From Eledone cirrhosa (lineage: Eukaryota): DNA of 64,000 nt. Shown here piece by piece: positions 13,118-25,843 of the stretch; the first letter of the stretch is position 1; every line of letters starts with the position of its first letter. The position numbers were made by a program, and so were the translations under genes. The stretch is taken from NCBI GenBank assembly GCA_964016885.1, contig OZ024742.1, positions 101,494,001 to 101,558,000 of the forward strand, in the 5' to 3' direction. Below the pieces are notes generated by a model that worked only from the letters and a program-made list of their open reading frames with translations, had not been told where the DNA came from and ran no database searches.

Positions 13118-15660
13118 TCATCATCACCGTTTAATGTCCATTTTCCCACACTAGCATGGGTTGGATGAGCTGCCTCGTTGTGAGACAAGCCAGATCAGAT
13201 GACTGTAACTTGCTCATACAGAACTGATTTGGGCTTGGTTTCTACGGGTGGATGCCCTTCCTAACACCAACCACATTTACAGTGTGGATTGGGAGCTTTT
13301 TGTTGTGACAACCACAACCACCGTAAAGTGTAGACTGGGTGCCTTTTGTCATGGCACCAAAACCCTCCTTTACAGTTGGATTGGGGACTGGCGTTTGGGA
13401 GATGCATGGGGATGGGAGAGGTATATTTAAGGGATGGGGGACTTATCAAGTGAGGGGTGTTTTGATGTAGGTGGGGAAGATACTGGTGTCAGGACATGAG
13501 TGGAGAAAGTAGAGGAATGTGGTGCATACACCAGAGATCTTCATCTTGTGTCATCGCTTTTGAGAGGGGCAATTGTGCAAGGTCAGCTTTTATCACCCCA
13601 CCCCAAGTCTTCCTAGGTCTTCTCTCTCCATAGCTATCAACTTTGAGTGCCCTGCATCTTTTTTTACAGCTGTTGTCCTTCATACACATCACATGTCCAT
13701 ACCCATGCCGTCTCCTCTCCTGCACATTGCATGTGATCTCTCTTATGCCCAGTTTCTCTCTCAGTTCATTTATGCTCTGCCATTCAAGTATATTACTATT
13801 ACACATCTAACGAAGCATACCAATTTCATTTCTTTCCAATCTTTGTATGTCTTCTACACACTGAACAGGGCCATTTCCCAGAAGGGCCTTGTTTTCCTTA
13901 CTACTTACTAGAACTTTTGGTCTTTAAGACCTTTTGATTCCAGTTTAAGAATATTTTCTCGAGTTCTTACATGGATTCAGCTATGAGAGTTAGGTCATTA
14001 GCATGTAGGAGTTCCCAAGGGCATCTTGTTTTAAACTCTTCTTGTTATAGCCTGGACGACAATAATAAACAGGAGAAAGCTAAGGACAGAGCCTTAGTGG
14101 ACCCCAACTTGCAAACTAAACTCCTCACTTTGATTGTTATTAATTTTAACCTTGCTGACAGCACCTCTGTATATGGCTTGTACCACCCCCACTAGCCACT
14201 CTTCTACTCCTAGTTTAAGTGCCCACTGGATTACAGAACAGGGAACCCTGTCAAAAGCTTTCTCTAGGTCAACAAATGCCAAGTAGAGGGGTTTGCTTTT
14301 AGCTAGGTACTTCTCCTGCAATTGCCTCACAAGGAAGAGGGTATCTGTGGTATTTCTTCTTGGGACATATCCAAACTGCATCTCATCTCGGATAATTCGC
14401 CCCCTAATCAGTTGTACAATGACTCTTTCTGTAACGTTCATGCCTTAATAGGTCCCTTGGTCAAGAGCATCACCCTTGTCCTTGTAGCAGTTGATGATGC
14501 TGCTGCTATGCCAGTCATTGTGTATGGCACTATTTTGTATAACTTGGTTTACAATATGGATGGTCATGGTGTGTGCTACCATCCCTGATGCTTTCAGCAT
14601 CTCAGCAACTATACCTGATGGCCCTGTTGCTTTGCCTGTTTTCATGTCCTTAATTACCTTACTTACTACACTGCTGCTGACTTGCACCACTGGTCTCTCC
14701 TTTGGGTCTACATGGGGCAGCCTATCTTCCTCCCACATATTCTCTTCATTCATAAGTCTCTTGTGATGACACTTCCATGCTGCCTTCATTTTGGTGAGGG
14801 AAAGTGCACCATCATCATCTCAGACACACTTCTTCTCCACAAAGCCACTATTTTCCCAGACACATTGCCCCATGATCCTGAACACCTCACGTCTTTGATC
14901 CTCACATTGCGTAACAAGCATAAACTTCTTACTTTCTGCTTCCCTCCTTGCCTTCTTGGTAAGGTTTTCTCTTACCCCCATTTTTCCATGTCTTCCATGC
15001 CTGTCTCTTGGCCTTAATGACTCATCCACCCTATCATTCCACCACCAAATCACTCTTTTATTCCATGGCCCTCTGTTATGCTTTAATAGTTCCTTGTCAT
15101 TCACTAGAGAAGTAGTCTGTATTAGGGATTCATAGAAGTTGTCTTTTTGTTTGTCTGATAGTTCCAATTGCGGTGCATATGCTGAAATAATAGTTACAGT
15201 TGTTCTATCTAGGACTATCCTGAGTTTAATGATTTTGTCATTTACCCTGTTTACTGCAATTACATTATCTACCCGTTTATCTGCTAACAGAATACCTACT
15301 CCACTTAGCCCGTAATTATTACTGACCCAGAAAAATGTGTACTTTACCAGTAAGGAGTTTAGCAGATCCTCATCTCCATCTAGTCTCTTGTAACAACACA
15401 GGTCCACCCTTTTTCGCACCAACATTTCTACAATCTCCTGATCTACCTCTCATTGTGCCTACATTAATGGTCACAGCTCTGAAGTTATGGAATTTACTGG
15501 AAGTGTGGGATAGGTACTGAGAAAGGAGGTGGGATCAGTATTGGAGTTGGTGCCAGCTTTTCCATACCTCAAATGAAGAAGGTTTGCTTGGTCACCTGTG
15601 GTCGAGTGGATTCATGCCACGAAGAAATTTCCCAACCCTGAAGTCCAGCTGCCTCACAGT
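13118..15660 (-). mobile_element. Degraded RTE-clade LINE with internal deletions
   Basis: ORFs 14820..15425 (IISAYAPQ, APE), 14445..14789, 14094..14441 (FVDLEKAFDRV) and 13489..13806. Same 3'UTR and tail. Boundaries approximate. Confidence 0.88.
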
Positions 15661-16659
15661 CCAACAAAATGCACAGTACCTTATGTTATTAATAGTAATG
15701 GAGATGCTAGAGTTTTAAGCTATTTTAAGAAGAATGGTGGTGAGTGGGGGTGGGTGAGTGGTAAACGGAGATTGAAATGTCGTTGTCAGCCAACAGGACG
15801 TTGGTGAGAAAACTACAAAATATTTCTTAATATATGTAATAAAATAAAATATATATGTAACCAAATAAAATAATGCCCTATATATAACAAACGGACAAAA
15901 TATATAACATCTGGTTTACACAAATACGTGACATATATCTAGGATATAAGCAAAATAACTACATATATATAACATTATATAACATATCTAGTTTTGTATA
16001 CACAAATATGTGATATACCAAGCCTATGAACAAAATAACGACACACACACACACATATAAACAGCCCCCATCGGTCACTAATGACCATGGTTTTGTACCT
16101 ATAAAGTTTCCCTCTGAGGCACAAGCCTGGGCAAGGTTTGTTTGTGGAAGACCAACAGCTGCCCATGCATACCAGCCTCCCCTCTCCATGCCACCAATGT
16201 TGTCCAAGAGAAAGGCAATGGCCGATACTGCTTGGCACCAGTGACGTCTCAACTCATTTTTACATCTGACTGAACTGGAACAAGGACACAATGCTCACCC
16301 AGTCCGAGAATCAAACTCACAACATCTCAATTGCAAGCGCAATGCTCTAACCACTAAGCCATGGTTTAGTGGTTAGAGCAATAGGCTTGCAATCTTTATA
16401 TATTCATTAAATTTTCAGAAGATATTTGTTAGTGGATAGAATATTTAAATATATGAATTAAGATACTAAATGATTTAACTTTAGAATTAGAAATAGATGG
16501 GAATACATGTATTACCAAAAAACAAAACAAATAGGAAACTGAATAAAATAAAATAAGAAAGAATTATCTAAATAAATTGGATAAAAATAAATCAATTTTA
16601 GAATAAAAATAAACACCCATACACTCACTCATAGAATGAAATATTAGAAGTTTTACATT

Positions 16660-17010
16660 AAAATATAAAGATCTGTGAGACAGTGATATCAGATATTAGT
16701 TTAAAATGTAGATCTGTGAGACAGAGATATCAGAAATAGTTTAAACTATAAAGATCTGTGGGGCAGAGATAACAAAGAGTTTAAACTATAGAGATCTGTG
16801 AGATAGAGATATCATAAATAGTTTAAAATATAGATCTGTGAGACAGAGATATCAGATATTAGATTAAAATGTAGATCTGTGAGACAGAGATATCAGATAT
16901 TAGATTAAAATGTAGATATGTGAGACAGTGATATCAGATATTAGATTAAAATGTAGATATGTGAGACAGTGATATCAGAAATAATTTAAACTATAAAGAC
17001 CTGAGACAGA
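16660..17010. repeat. ~41-bp minisatellite (~9 units)
   Basis: AGAT(C/A)TGTG recurs at 16669, 16710, 16752, 16792, 16832, 16873, 16914 and 16955. Confidence 0.9.
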
Positions 17011-17640
17011 GATGTCAGGAATTGTATAAAATGTCACATTTTCTTGTGAAGAGAGAGTAAAAGAAAGAGGCAAGATATACAAAATATTAGATTAACATCT
17101 TGTAATGATTTCACAGAAAATATCTAAAAAATGGATTTGTTAATTCAAATGTTTATAGCATCTTTACTAATGGATATATCTTTGTGAAAATTTGAAGTAT
17201 TAGATTATGTATGTATATGCCTGTAATTCCTGGTGGTGGTGTTGTTGGACTGTCATAGTGATATAGGTCGTTTCTTGGGTATTTTAAACCTGTCAGAGCC
17301 CATCCTCTCTCCATGTCTGAACACAGCACAGCTGATTTCTTCCAGAGAAGGAGAGTGATAGAGAGGAATTGAGAAAGAGATATAGAGAAAGAATCAACCC
17401 CACTATTGGACTCATACTTTTTTATCAACCTTGAAAGGATGAAAGGCAAAGTTGACCTCAGCAGGATTTGAACTGAGAGCACAGAGAGCCAGAACGAATA
17501 CTTCAAAGCATTCTATCTGACATTCTAACGACTTTGTTAAGTTGCTGCCTACAATATTAGAGTAAGGACTTCAATTTTTTAACATGAAGCAGTCATAGTG
17601 TTGTTTTTTGCATTTTTCAAGAATATCTTGCTCATGTCGT

Positions 17641-17900
17641 TTCATGTGGTACACAACATTACGAGTTATCATGTGGTACAGAATATTAAGAGTTATGTGG
17701 TACAGAACATTACAAGTTATCATGTGGTACAGAACATTAAGAATTATCATGTGGTACAGGATATTAAGAGTTATCATGTGGTACAGGATATTAAGAGTTA
17801 CCATGTGGAACAGCTTGTTAAGTGTTATGCGGCACACATCATTAAGAGTGATCATGTGGAACAGTTTGTTAAGTGTTATCATATGATATAGGACGTTAAG
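17641..17900. repeat. 27-bp minisatellite (~10 units)
   Basis: Unit TCATGTGGTACAG(A/G)A(C/T)ATTAAGAGTTA. Confidence 0.9.
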
Positions 17901-17945
17901 GGTTAATGATCATGATGTAAACAAATCTCGTCAGTCAATGTTTAC

Positions 17946-18122
17946 CTGAACACGTTGTATCTCAGAGAGCCGTTCTTCCACTTGTTTGCGCAGGTCACCT
18001 GGCACTTGCATCACACAGTCGTGGTTCTCAACTAAGTACCATAAGAAATGTTTAGCAAGATTGGTGTCCATATCAATAGTGTCCTGACTACACAACACAG
18101 TTTGGTAGAAAGTATCAACGAT
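17946..18122 (-). CDS. DEPDC1: DEPDC1 exon 10
   Basis: ttttccag acceptor. IVDTFYQTVLCSQD...QVPGDLRKQVEERLSEIQRVQ. GTAAAC donor. 177 nt, phase 0->0. Confidence 0.93.
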
Positions 18123-18799
18123 CTGGAAAAAAAAAAGCACATGATAATTTATTGTTAAGTATACAAATATTGGACGGCAAATTAGCAGAATCATTAAAAA
18201 GTCAGATGAAACACATTGCAGTATTACAGCACTTCTACGTTCTGGTTTCAAATCCTGTCGAGGTCAACTTTCATCTTTCGGACGTTGATAAAATAAAGTC
18301 TCAACTCTCCCTTACCCCTCAAGTTGCTGACTTTGTGACAAAATTAGCAACCATTATACATACAAATAAAATTGTATATGTGTCTACTTGTTATGTCTTA
18401 AAGACTGATCAATAAATATAGAAAATATGTTATAAATAATTGAATGATATTTCTAAACCCTACCAAAAGTATAAAATGATTAACATAATTTATAGATAAA
18501 CCCTTTTGTTACCCTATTTCTAATAAAATACACAACATTTGAATTAATCAATCACGAATTTAGAAGGATTTACTAAATATATTAATTATGAAGATAGTAT
18601 TTACAACATAACTTAACAAACGGTTCTTAGATATATGTTGGAAGATTTTAATTTCAAAAACGTGTGGTTTGAAACAGGTTGGTATCAAGAGTTAAGTCCT
18701 TACAAAGGATGTCTACTCAGAAATGTTTTACACAAGTTATCTCCCTTAAATGATTTACGTTAAGTACATTTATCCTAATGTATTATTAATGGGACAGTA

Positions 18800-18988
18800 A
18801 TGGCGGTGGATTGGCAGTATCGGTAGAGGGTCGGACGCCATGCTTTGCAGCCTAGAGTTACGGCCCCTGCCATTCTGAGTTCAAATCCCGCCGAGGTTAA
18901 CTTTGCCTTTCATCCTTACGGGGTCGATAAAATAAAGTACCAGTAATACACTGGGTTATTGCTGGCCTTGTGCCAAAAGTAGAAACAA
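18800..18988 (+). mobile_element. MetaSINE-like element with TSD (further copies near 1620-1710, 3310-3495, 3779-3960, 17390-17550, 18170-18355, 24310-24525, 59469-59655)
   Basis: B box GAGTTCAAATCCC and Meta-like core. Flanked by a duplicated TTATTAATGGGACAGTA. Confidence 0.8.
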
Positions 18989-19280
18989 TTATTAATGGGA
19001 CAGTAGTCAGTCAACAGTGCAGCTTCATGGGATTGATTAAGTGAAAACACTTTTATTCTTTGCTAATAAGAAAATAAATGAACTAGCCAGAAAAACATTA
19101 ACGAAGACAGCGTACAATAATCTATTGCTATGTAATCTACAGTCATTTTCATCGATGTTTTATTAATTACTATGATGCTGTAGTATACAATAACCTATTG
19201 TTATGCAGTCTACATTATACAAGTCAAATTAGAGTAAGTCATGTTCAACAGTAAGTATATACAAATGAAAGTTATAATAC

Positions 19281-19678
19281 CTTACCCAACTACACCTCTC
19301 AAAGTCAATGACACACGACCGTGACTTCTGGCGTCACGCAGTAATACAGGGTACCCGACCTCCCATGGGTACATGCTGAAGCATATAAACAATATGCCCC
19401 CCCCCCACCGCAAGGTGGTCGTGGAGGTGCCACGGCAAAAAAGCACCCAGCCCACACTGTAAAGTGGACGTGTAGGCGCCACGAAAAAGCACCCAGCACT
19501 CACTGTAAATGAGGTTGGTGTTAGGAAGGGCATCCAGCTGTAGAAATCAAGCCAGATCAGTTCCTGTATGAGCAAGGCATGGTCAGCCGACCAGACACTG
19601 CCCACAACAGGACAACCCGTCTAACCCATGCTAGCGTGGAAGAACGGACGTAAAACGGTGATGATGATGATGATGATG
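19281..19678 (+). mobile_element. Short 5'-truncated copy of the same RTE family
   Basis: Near-identical to the reverse complement of 26753-27148. Ends in (GAT)n. Confidence 0.85.
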
Positions 19679-20299
19679 AATAATGTAGACCCTTCATTTG
19701 TGTCAAGGGCATGATAACCTCTCTAGTGATGGTGATCTACACTAAAAATGTAGCTGGTACACTGTGTATAGTGGATGGTGATAGGAAGGGCATCCAGCTG
19801 TAGAAAATTTGCTAAACAAAGGGTTGAGAGGATTCATTAGTTATGTCAAGGGTACAACAACCTCTCTAGTGCTGGTACCAGGAGAACATGTACCCGGTAT
19901 GCTTTATAAAGTTGTTGGTGATAAGAAAGGCCTTCAGCTATAGAAAACTTGCCAAACAAAGGGTCAAGAGTCTGCTTCAGTTGCAATCTCCTAATGCCAG
20001 TGCCATGATAGAATGCATCTGATGCACTGTGTAGAATACAGGAATATACGTAGGCATGCTGCTCATAGGCAATGTGAGAGGTCAGTAACTCTGAGTAAGT
20101 ACTGACTTGGTCTGTGACAAAACATCCAACCCACGCTAGCAAGGGAAAGTGGATGTTAAATGATGAAATGATGAAAATGATGATGAGAATGGTGTCACAC
20201 AAATGATAAAAATAAGTTATTTGAAGAACTCAGAATAGGTCTAGTTGTTAGTAATACTATTATTACAACCAAAATATTTATCCTTGTGATAGGACATAA

Positions 20300-20645
20300 T
20301 TCATCATTTCATCATCATTTCATTTTACATCTGCTTTTTCCCTGCTTGCAAGGGTGGGACAGGAACTGATTCTGGCTTGATTTCTACAGCTGGATGCCCT
20401 TCCTAACACCAACCTCATTTACAGTGAGTGCTGGGTGCTTTTTTCCGTGGCACCTCCACAACCACTTTACAGTGGAATGATATGGACCCCAGTCCCTATC
20501 ACCTCATTTCTACAGCTGAGTAAACTGGAGCAATGCGAAATAAAGTGTCTTGCTCAAGGAAACAACACATCACCCGGTCTGAGAATTGAACCCACAACCT
20601 TTCGATTGCAAGGCCAATGCTCTAACCACTAAGCCATGTGCCTCC
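20300..20645 (-). mobile_element. tRNA-headed SINE, same family as 7858-8200
   Basis: Near-identical sequence. Confidence 0.85.
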
Positions 20646-21291
20646 ATTATTCTTAAATGATAATGTCCATTATTTAACCATTAGCATTTAAACCAGCTGT
20701 ATCCTGCCAGAATTCTCTCACCTCTTTCTGTTCAAACTGGCCACTCATACTGATGTTAAGACATTGTTCTCAAAATAAATAATATCAAAATCTCATAGAT
20801 TCGATATTATGTGAGGTAAAGTCTTCACCACAAAAATACAATAATAAATATAGAGTAATGTAAATGCTAAAGGGTTAAAGAATACAAACATTATCTTTGT
20901 AAACTTTCAGATAATTCCTTGAGCTCAATAATTTTTTTATAGCATTATATTTCTAACACTTTATGAGACTCAAAAACCATAGCCCTTTTAAAAAGTAGAT
21001 ACAAGCCTGTGAAATATACAGTTTATCTTCCAATATCATGTAATGATTTCACAGAAAATATCTAAAAACAAATTTGTTAATTCAAATGTTTGTAGTATCT
21101 TTACTAGGGGATATATCGTTGTGAAAAAGTGGAGTATTAGAATAAAGACTTTTCTATTTAATGAGGTAGTCATATTGTTTTATGATTTTCAAATGGTTTC
21201 ATGCAGTACAGGACGTTATAATCTAATGCCTAATGCTACAACTCACTGAAGACTGTTTCACATGAGGAGCGAGAGAGTTACAAAATCTTAC

Positions 21292-21464
21292 CAAATTCCG
21301 TAGATCTTCACTGTTTTCTGTAAGTTGAAGTTCACTGTTGTGATAGATTTTACTCAGAAACCTTAGAAGTAGGTGTAGCTTTCTGCGATTAGGTGGTGGT
21401 ATTAATAGCAAGGCTAGTTGAACAGCTTGCTTTACTCTTTCCTCGTCTGACATAGGCCACACAG
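21292..21464 (-). CDS. DEPDC1: DEPDC1 exon 9 (RhoGAP-like region)
   Basis: cttccag acceptor. VWPMSDEERVKQAVQLALLLIPPPNRRKLHLLLRFLSKI... with the family motif LLLPPPNRRKL. GTAAGA donor. 173 nt. Confidence 0.95.
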
Positions 21465-21580
21465 CTGGAAGTACAATAATTTATGAGTTAGAAGCAGAAT
21501 GGCTGCTTAATTAATGTAAACAAAGGTTTTCACCATGACTTCTTGGTGTGTGTGGTGAGATAATATGTTGAGGTATTTGT

Positions 21581-21647
21581 TCATAAAATGATTAATTTTG
21601 ATAAGTCCCAATAAGGGACGAAACAATTGTAAATCAATATTTGATGA
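21581..21647 (+). ncRNA. Type I hammerhead ribozyme motif, U3-A8 core variant
   Basis: Stem I ATTAATT/AATCAAT (extendable). Core TTGATAA. Stem II GTCCC-AATAA-GGGAC. GAAA. Stem III AC-AATT-GT. Cleavage triplet GTA (cut after 21631). Confidence 0.7.
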
Positions 21648-21965
21648 GAAACTGTATTTGGTAATAATTTAATGAATAATTTGCTCTATGCGTAATTATT
21701 TTTAACACAATAGGATTTAGTACACATGGTTGTTTGAAAAGTTTTTTAAGGAAGTATGATTCATAGCCTTATGTACAGTTTATTATAATAAATTATTGTA
21801 TTTTGAGCTGTTTTAACTTCTCCACCTACTTCTTTCTAGTTTTTATATTTAAAAATGAAATTTATATATGTATGCATGCAAAACGTAAACAGAAAACAAC
21901 AAAGCAAACAATACAGCACAGTGCCAATATATATTAGTTTAACACTAGATATAGTAGGAAAATGG

Positions 21966-22001
21966 TCTTAACGTTTCGGATGCTAGTCCTTCATCAGAAG
22001 A
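21966..22001 (-). ncRNA. Minimal type I hammerhead ribozyme motif (Penelope-type)
   Basis: Minus strand reads TCTT-CTGATGA-A-GGA-CTAGCA-TCC-GAA-ACGT-T-AAGA: intact core, 4-bp stem I, 3-bp stem II, palindromic ACGT stem III. Confidence 0.7.
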
Positions 22002-22567
22002 TAGAATGAGAAAGATAGAGGAGAGTCAGAAGTGGAAGAAACAAAATATATATATAAAGGCTTCCTTACAGTTTTTGTCTTCCAAATTCACTCACAAGGC
22101 ATTGCAGAAGACTATAGCAGAAAACACTTGCCCAAGGTGCCACACTGTGAAGTAAAACCAAACACCACAGGGTTGTAAAGCAAACTTCTTTACCACATGG
22201 CTATGCCTGTACCTTTAATTATTAATCTTTATAAAAAAAATAACAAAACAATCGCTTTGTAAAGTGGTAGGGGATAGGAAGCACATCTAGCTATAGAAAA
22301 CATGCCAAATAAAGGGTTGAGAGGACACTTTAGCTGTCAGACATGACAATCAGCCTAGTGCTTGTGCCACAATAAAATACACACAGTAGAGCAAATGAAC
22401 ATATGTAAGTGAGATGTGAAGTGCCCTCTCCCTCCTGAAGCATCTCAGTATTTGGTAGTGTGGAAACATATGTAAGATGTGAACTGCCCTCTCCTTCCTG
22501 GCCTATCTCAGTATTTGCTAGAGTGTGGAAACATATGTAAGATGTGAACTGATCTAGTGTCTGAGTT

Positions 22568-22716
22568 GCCGTATATACTCGAATATAAGCCAAACCCTGT
22601 TTATAAACTAAAGCAGCTAACCAACACATTATTTTGATGGCGTATATAAGCCAACCTCCCATTTTACCATCGATCTTTTGGTCACATATTCCTCAGCTCA
22701 TATTTGAGTGTATACC
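22568..22716. mobile_element. pogo/Tc2-like MITE
   Basis: TIR-like CCGTATATACTCGAATATAAGC ... GCTCATATTTGAGTGTATAC. Confidence 0.55.
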
Positions 22717-22796
22717 ACAACATTCATTAAAAAACTATGTATGCAATAAACTAACAAATTAAAAAAAGCAACTAATAAAACTGTAAAATTACGTAC

Positions 22797-23627
22797 AAGA
22801 AAAAACACTGTTAATCTTCCGCCCAAATTTATCCAAACCTTCAACAGGAGACAAATTGGGAATATTTGAGGTACTGTGAGGTCGTGTGGAATGTAAACTG
22901 GTCTGTGATTCCTCATGGTAAGTAGATGAGACAGCTGAATGTGTAAGAGATAAAGCTCGAGAAGCACGTGTTTGGTGACCAACTTGAACAGAGTTTTTTG
23001 ATTTTTCATGCTTTTCATTCGTATATTGACTGGGTAAAGTCTGGGATTTTGATTTTCCACGTAGACTAGATTTATCTTCAGATTTCCTAGATGAAATGTC
23101 TTTACTTTTAAATGTATCTAGGATATTTAAAGTTTGATTATCAATACACTTTAGGTGTCGCTCAGATTGCCATCTGGAAGGACTATTTGATATTCCTGGT
23201 TTGAAAGCATCCTGGTATCCCAGATTTGAAACAGACGGCAGACGAGAAAACATAGAGCTGCTAAAGGTTGTGCTATTTTGATTTGGATAATAATAAACTT
23301 TGGTAATAGTTTTGTTTTCAGGTCCGAAAGCAGTTTCATACCTTAGGAGAGGGATGTTGCCTGTTGATTCACTTTTAATCTTATTTTCTGATAGGTTGAT
23401 GGCGCCTACAGAATGACCACGGAGGTGAGAAAATGATGGAGAACTCACAGTAGAAAACAAAGTACGATGACAGCTTGATTTATTGGAATTACGGAACTTG
23501 TGAGAGTTGTCAGTGGTTGTCATATTCATCAACAAATCGTCTATAGAACCAAATGATGTAATGCTATGAGCATTATATTTAGCTGATAATGGGGATGAGT
23601 GACGAGCATATCTGGAGTCAGCCATCA
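22797..23627 (-). CDS. DEPDC1: DEPDC1 exon 8 (large Ser-rich, low-complexity insert)
   Basis: 831-nt open frame within ORF 22789..23658. atttag acceptor and GTACGT donor, phase 1->1, matching both neighbours. Confidence 0.82.
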
Positions 23628-25701
23628 CTAAATAGCAAATTACAAAGAAAGAAAACATGCAAAAATATAAAGAAAAACCACCACAACAAAATGCAATTAG
23701 GTTTTATAAGGAAAAAATATAACATCTACACATTCCTTTTAGTGGAGCATATTCATTAAAAATACATTTTCTTCAACTTCACATGTTTTAACCCTTTCAT
23801 TACCAAACTACCTGAAACAACAATGAAATAAAAAAATTTTTTTTATTTTTAAGTAGGCAGCAAATTGGCAGAATATCGGATAGAATGCTTTGTGATACTC
23901 ATACCAGCTCTCTGTGCTCTCCTTTTGAGGTTGATAAAAAGAAAACTGCCTGTCAAATACTAGGGTCGATTCTTCCTTTATATCTTTTTCTCTTACTCTG
24001 GAAGAAATTGACTGTGTTCAGACTTGGAGAGAAGATGGGTTTTGCTAGGTCTAAAATACCCAAGACATGGTGTATGGCACAATGGCACCCCTATGACTAC
24101 ATCAAGAGTTAGGGGTTCATACATACATATTTATCTAAGAACATTCCACCATAATTTTAAGTAAGAACTTTTGTAAAGCTATCCTCCTAGCACTAGATAA
24201 ACAATGAAAAAGTTACTTATTTTACTAAATGATGGAAAGTTTTTAGATAAATATAAACATGACCAAATTTCTAACAAAATACACTGTATTAATTATTCTA
24301 TGATTAAGGACAGTGGATTGGCAGTATCGGTAGAGAGTCTGACACCATGCTTTGCAGCATAGAGTTACGTCTCTTTACGGTGTGAGTTCAAATCCTGCCA
24401 AGGTTTCACTTTGCCTTTCATCTTTACGGGGTTGATAACATAAAGCACCAGTAACGTACTGGGGTCAATTTAATCGACTCCCCCCCAAAAAAATTACTGG
24501 CCTTGTGCCTATAATAGAAATCATTAATTATTCCATGGTTATGATAGTATTTGTAACATGATTTAACAAAAGTTTCTTATATCAAGTTATGATGGAAGAA
24601 TTTTTTAATTTTAATAGGAACCTGTTAAAATGAGTGGTTCTGTTTTGCAGAACCAGAGGTGGTTTGGGGCGAGTTGGTATCAAAAGGGTTAAACAGTTTG
24701 CTATTAAGGGTTAAATTAATCAAAACACACCAAAAGCAATCAATATGATTTTATAGCATAAACCTGCTTTCATTTGTTTTCTAAATGAAAGATTCTTTAA
24801 ATCAAATTTTGATAACAAGGTTGGATGTTATGAAAATGTATTTTTAGAAAGAAAAACATCAGCAAATTGTCATCAAACAATTTCATCACACATTTTAACT
24901 GCTTTTAATCAATGGACTATAGCCATGCAGGGATACTAATAGCAATATTTTATGCACCAACATATGCAACAGATTGGCTTTCCTCAATAATGCATATAAT
25001 TGTGAAATATTGTATTGTAAAATACTCAGATAATAAACAATTAACAAAAAGAGATCATGCATTATTTAATGTGCTGTAGCAAACCAACACAATCAAGCTG
25101 CAGAGCATGCTAACAGTATTGATTAGGTTCTAATTTCAATACAGAGTTTTTATTCAAATTTCACATATGTACATCATCATCATCATTTTACGTCCGCTTT
25201 TCCCTGCTTGCAAGGGTGGGACATAATTAGTATGTATCATAATTAGTATTTTAAATAAAAAGTACAAGAAAAAGTTCATTGGAATTTTGTGATATAATTA
25301 GTAACATTGGAATGTTAAAATTATAGCTAATACATTAACTAGACAGAAAATGGTTTCATAAATCATCATCATCATCATCATCACCGTTTTACGTCCGTTC
25401 TTCCACGCTAGCATGGGTTAGACGGGTTATCCTGTTGTGGGCAGTGTCTGGTCGGCTGCTGACCATGCCTTGCTCATACAGGAACTGATTTGGCTTGATT
25501 TCTACAGCTGGATGCCCTTCCTAACACCAACCTCATTTACAGTGAGTGCTGGGTGCTTTTTTGTGGCGCCTACACGTCCACTTTACAGTGTGGGCTGGGT
25601 GCTTTTTTGCCATGGCACCTCCACGACCACCTTGCAGAATATCGCTGATAAGGGAAGTAACTCGACAAGAGTTGTATTTGCTTCGCAAGTGACTTGATCT
25701 G

Positions 25702-25843
25702 GAAGTTATTTTAGCCATTTGAAAAACACAAAAACTGTTAACTTTATATATATCATTTATAGATTGGTGATGTCAAGAAATAAATGATAAACGTAAAGTT
25801 GACAGTTTTTGTGTGTTTTAAATGGCTAAAAAATTATAACTTC
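25702..25843. repeat. Long inverted repeat (MITE-like)
   Basis: TTTAGCCATTTGAAAAACACAAAAACTGTTAACTTTA pairs with TAAAGTTGACAGTTTTTGTGTGTTTTAAATGGCTAAA. Confidence 0.7.

Noticed and set aside
16660-17900. Regular 41-bp and 27-bp repeats as a possible CRISPR array or repeat protein
   Set aside because: Head-to-tail units with no unique spacers, in a eukaryotic intron with no cas genes. The ORFs exist only because 27 is divisible by 3.
21039-21220. Calling the repeated intronic block an H/ACA or C/D snoRNA
   Set aside because: The ACA-like end is present in only two of three copies and there are no convincing hairpins or C/D boxes. Kept only as a hypothesis.
22698-23060. 120-aa alternative-frame ORF overlapping exon 8
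   Set aside because: No independent splice or start support. It runs into the intron.
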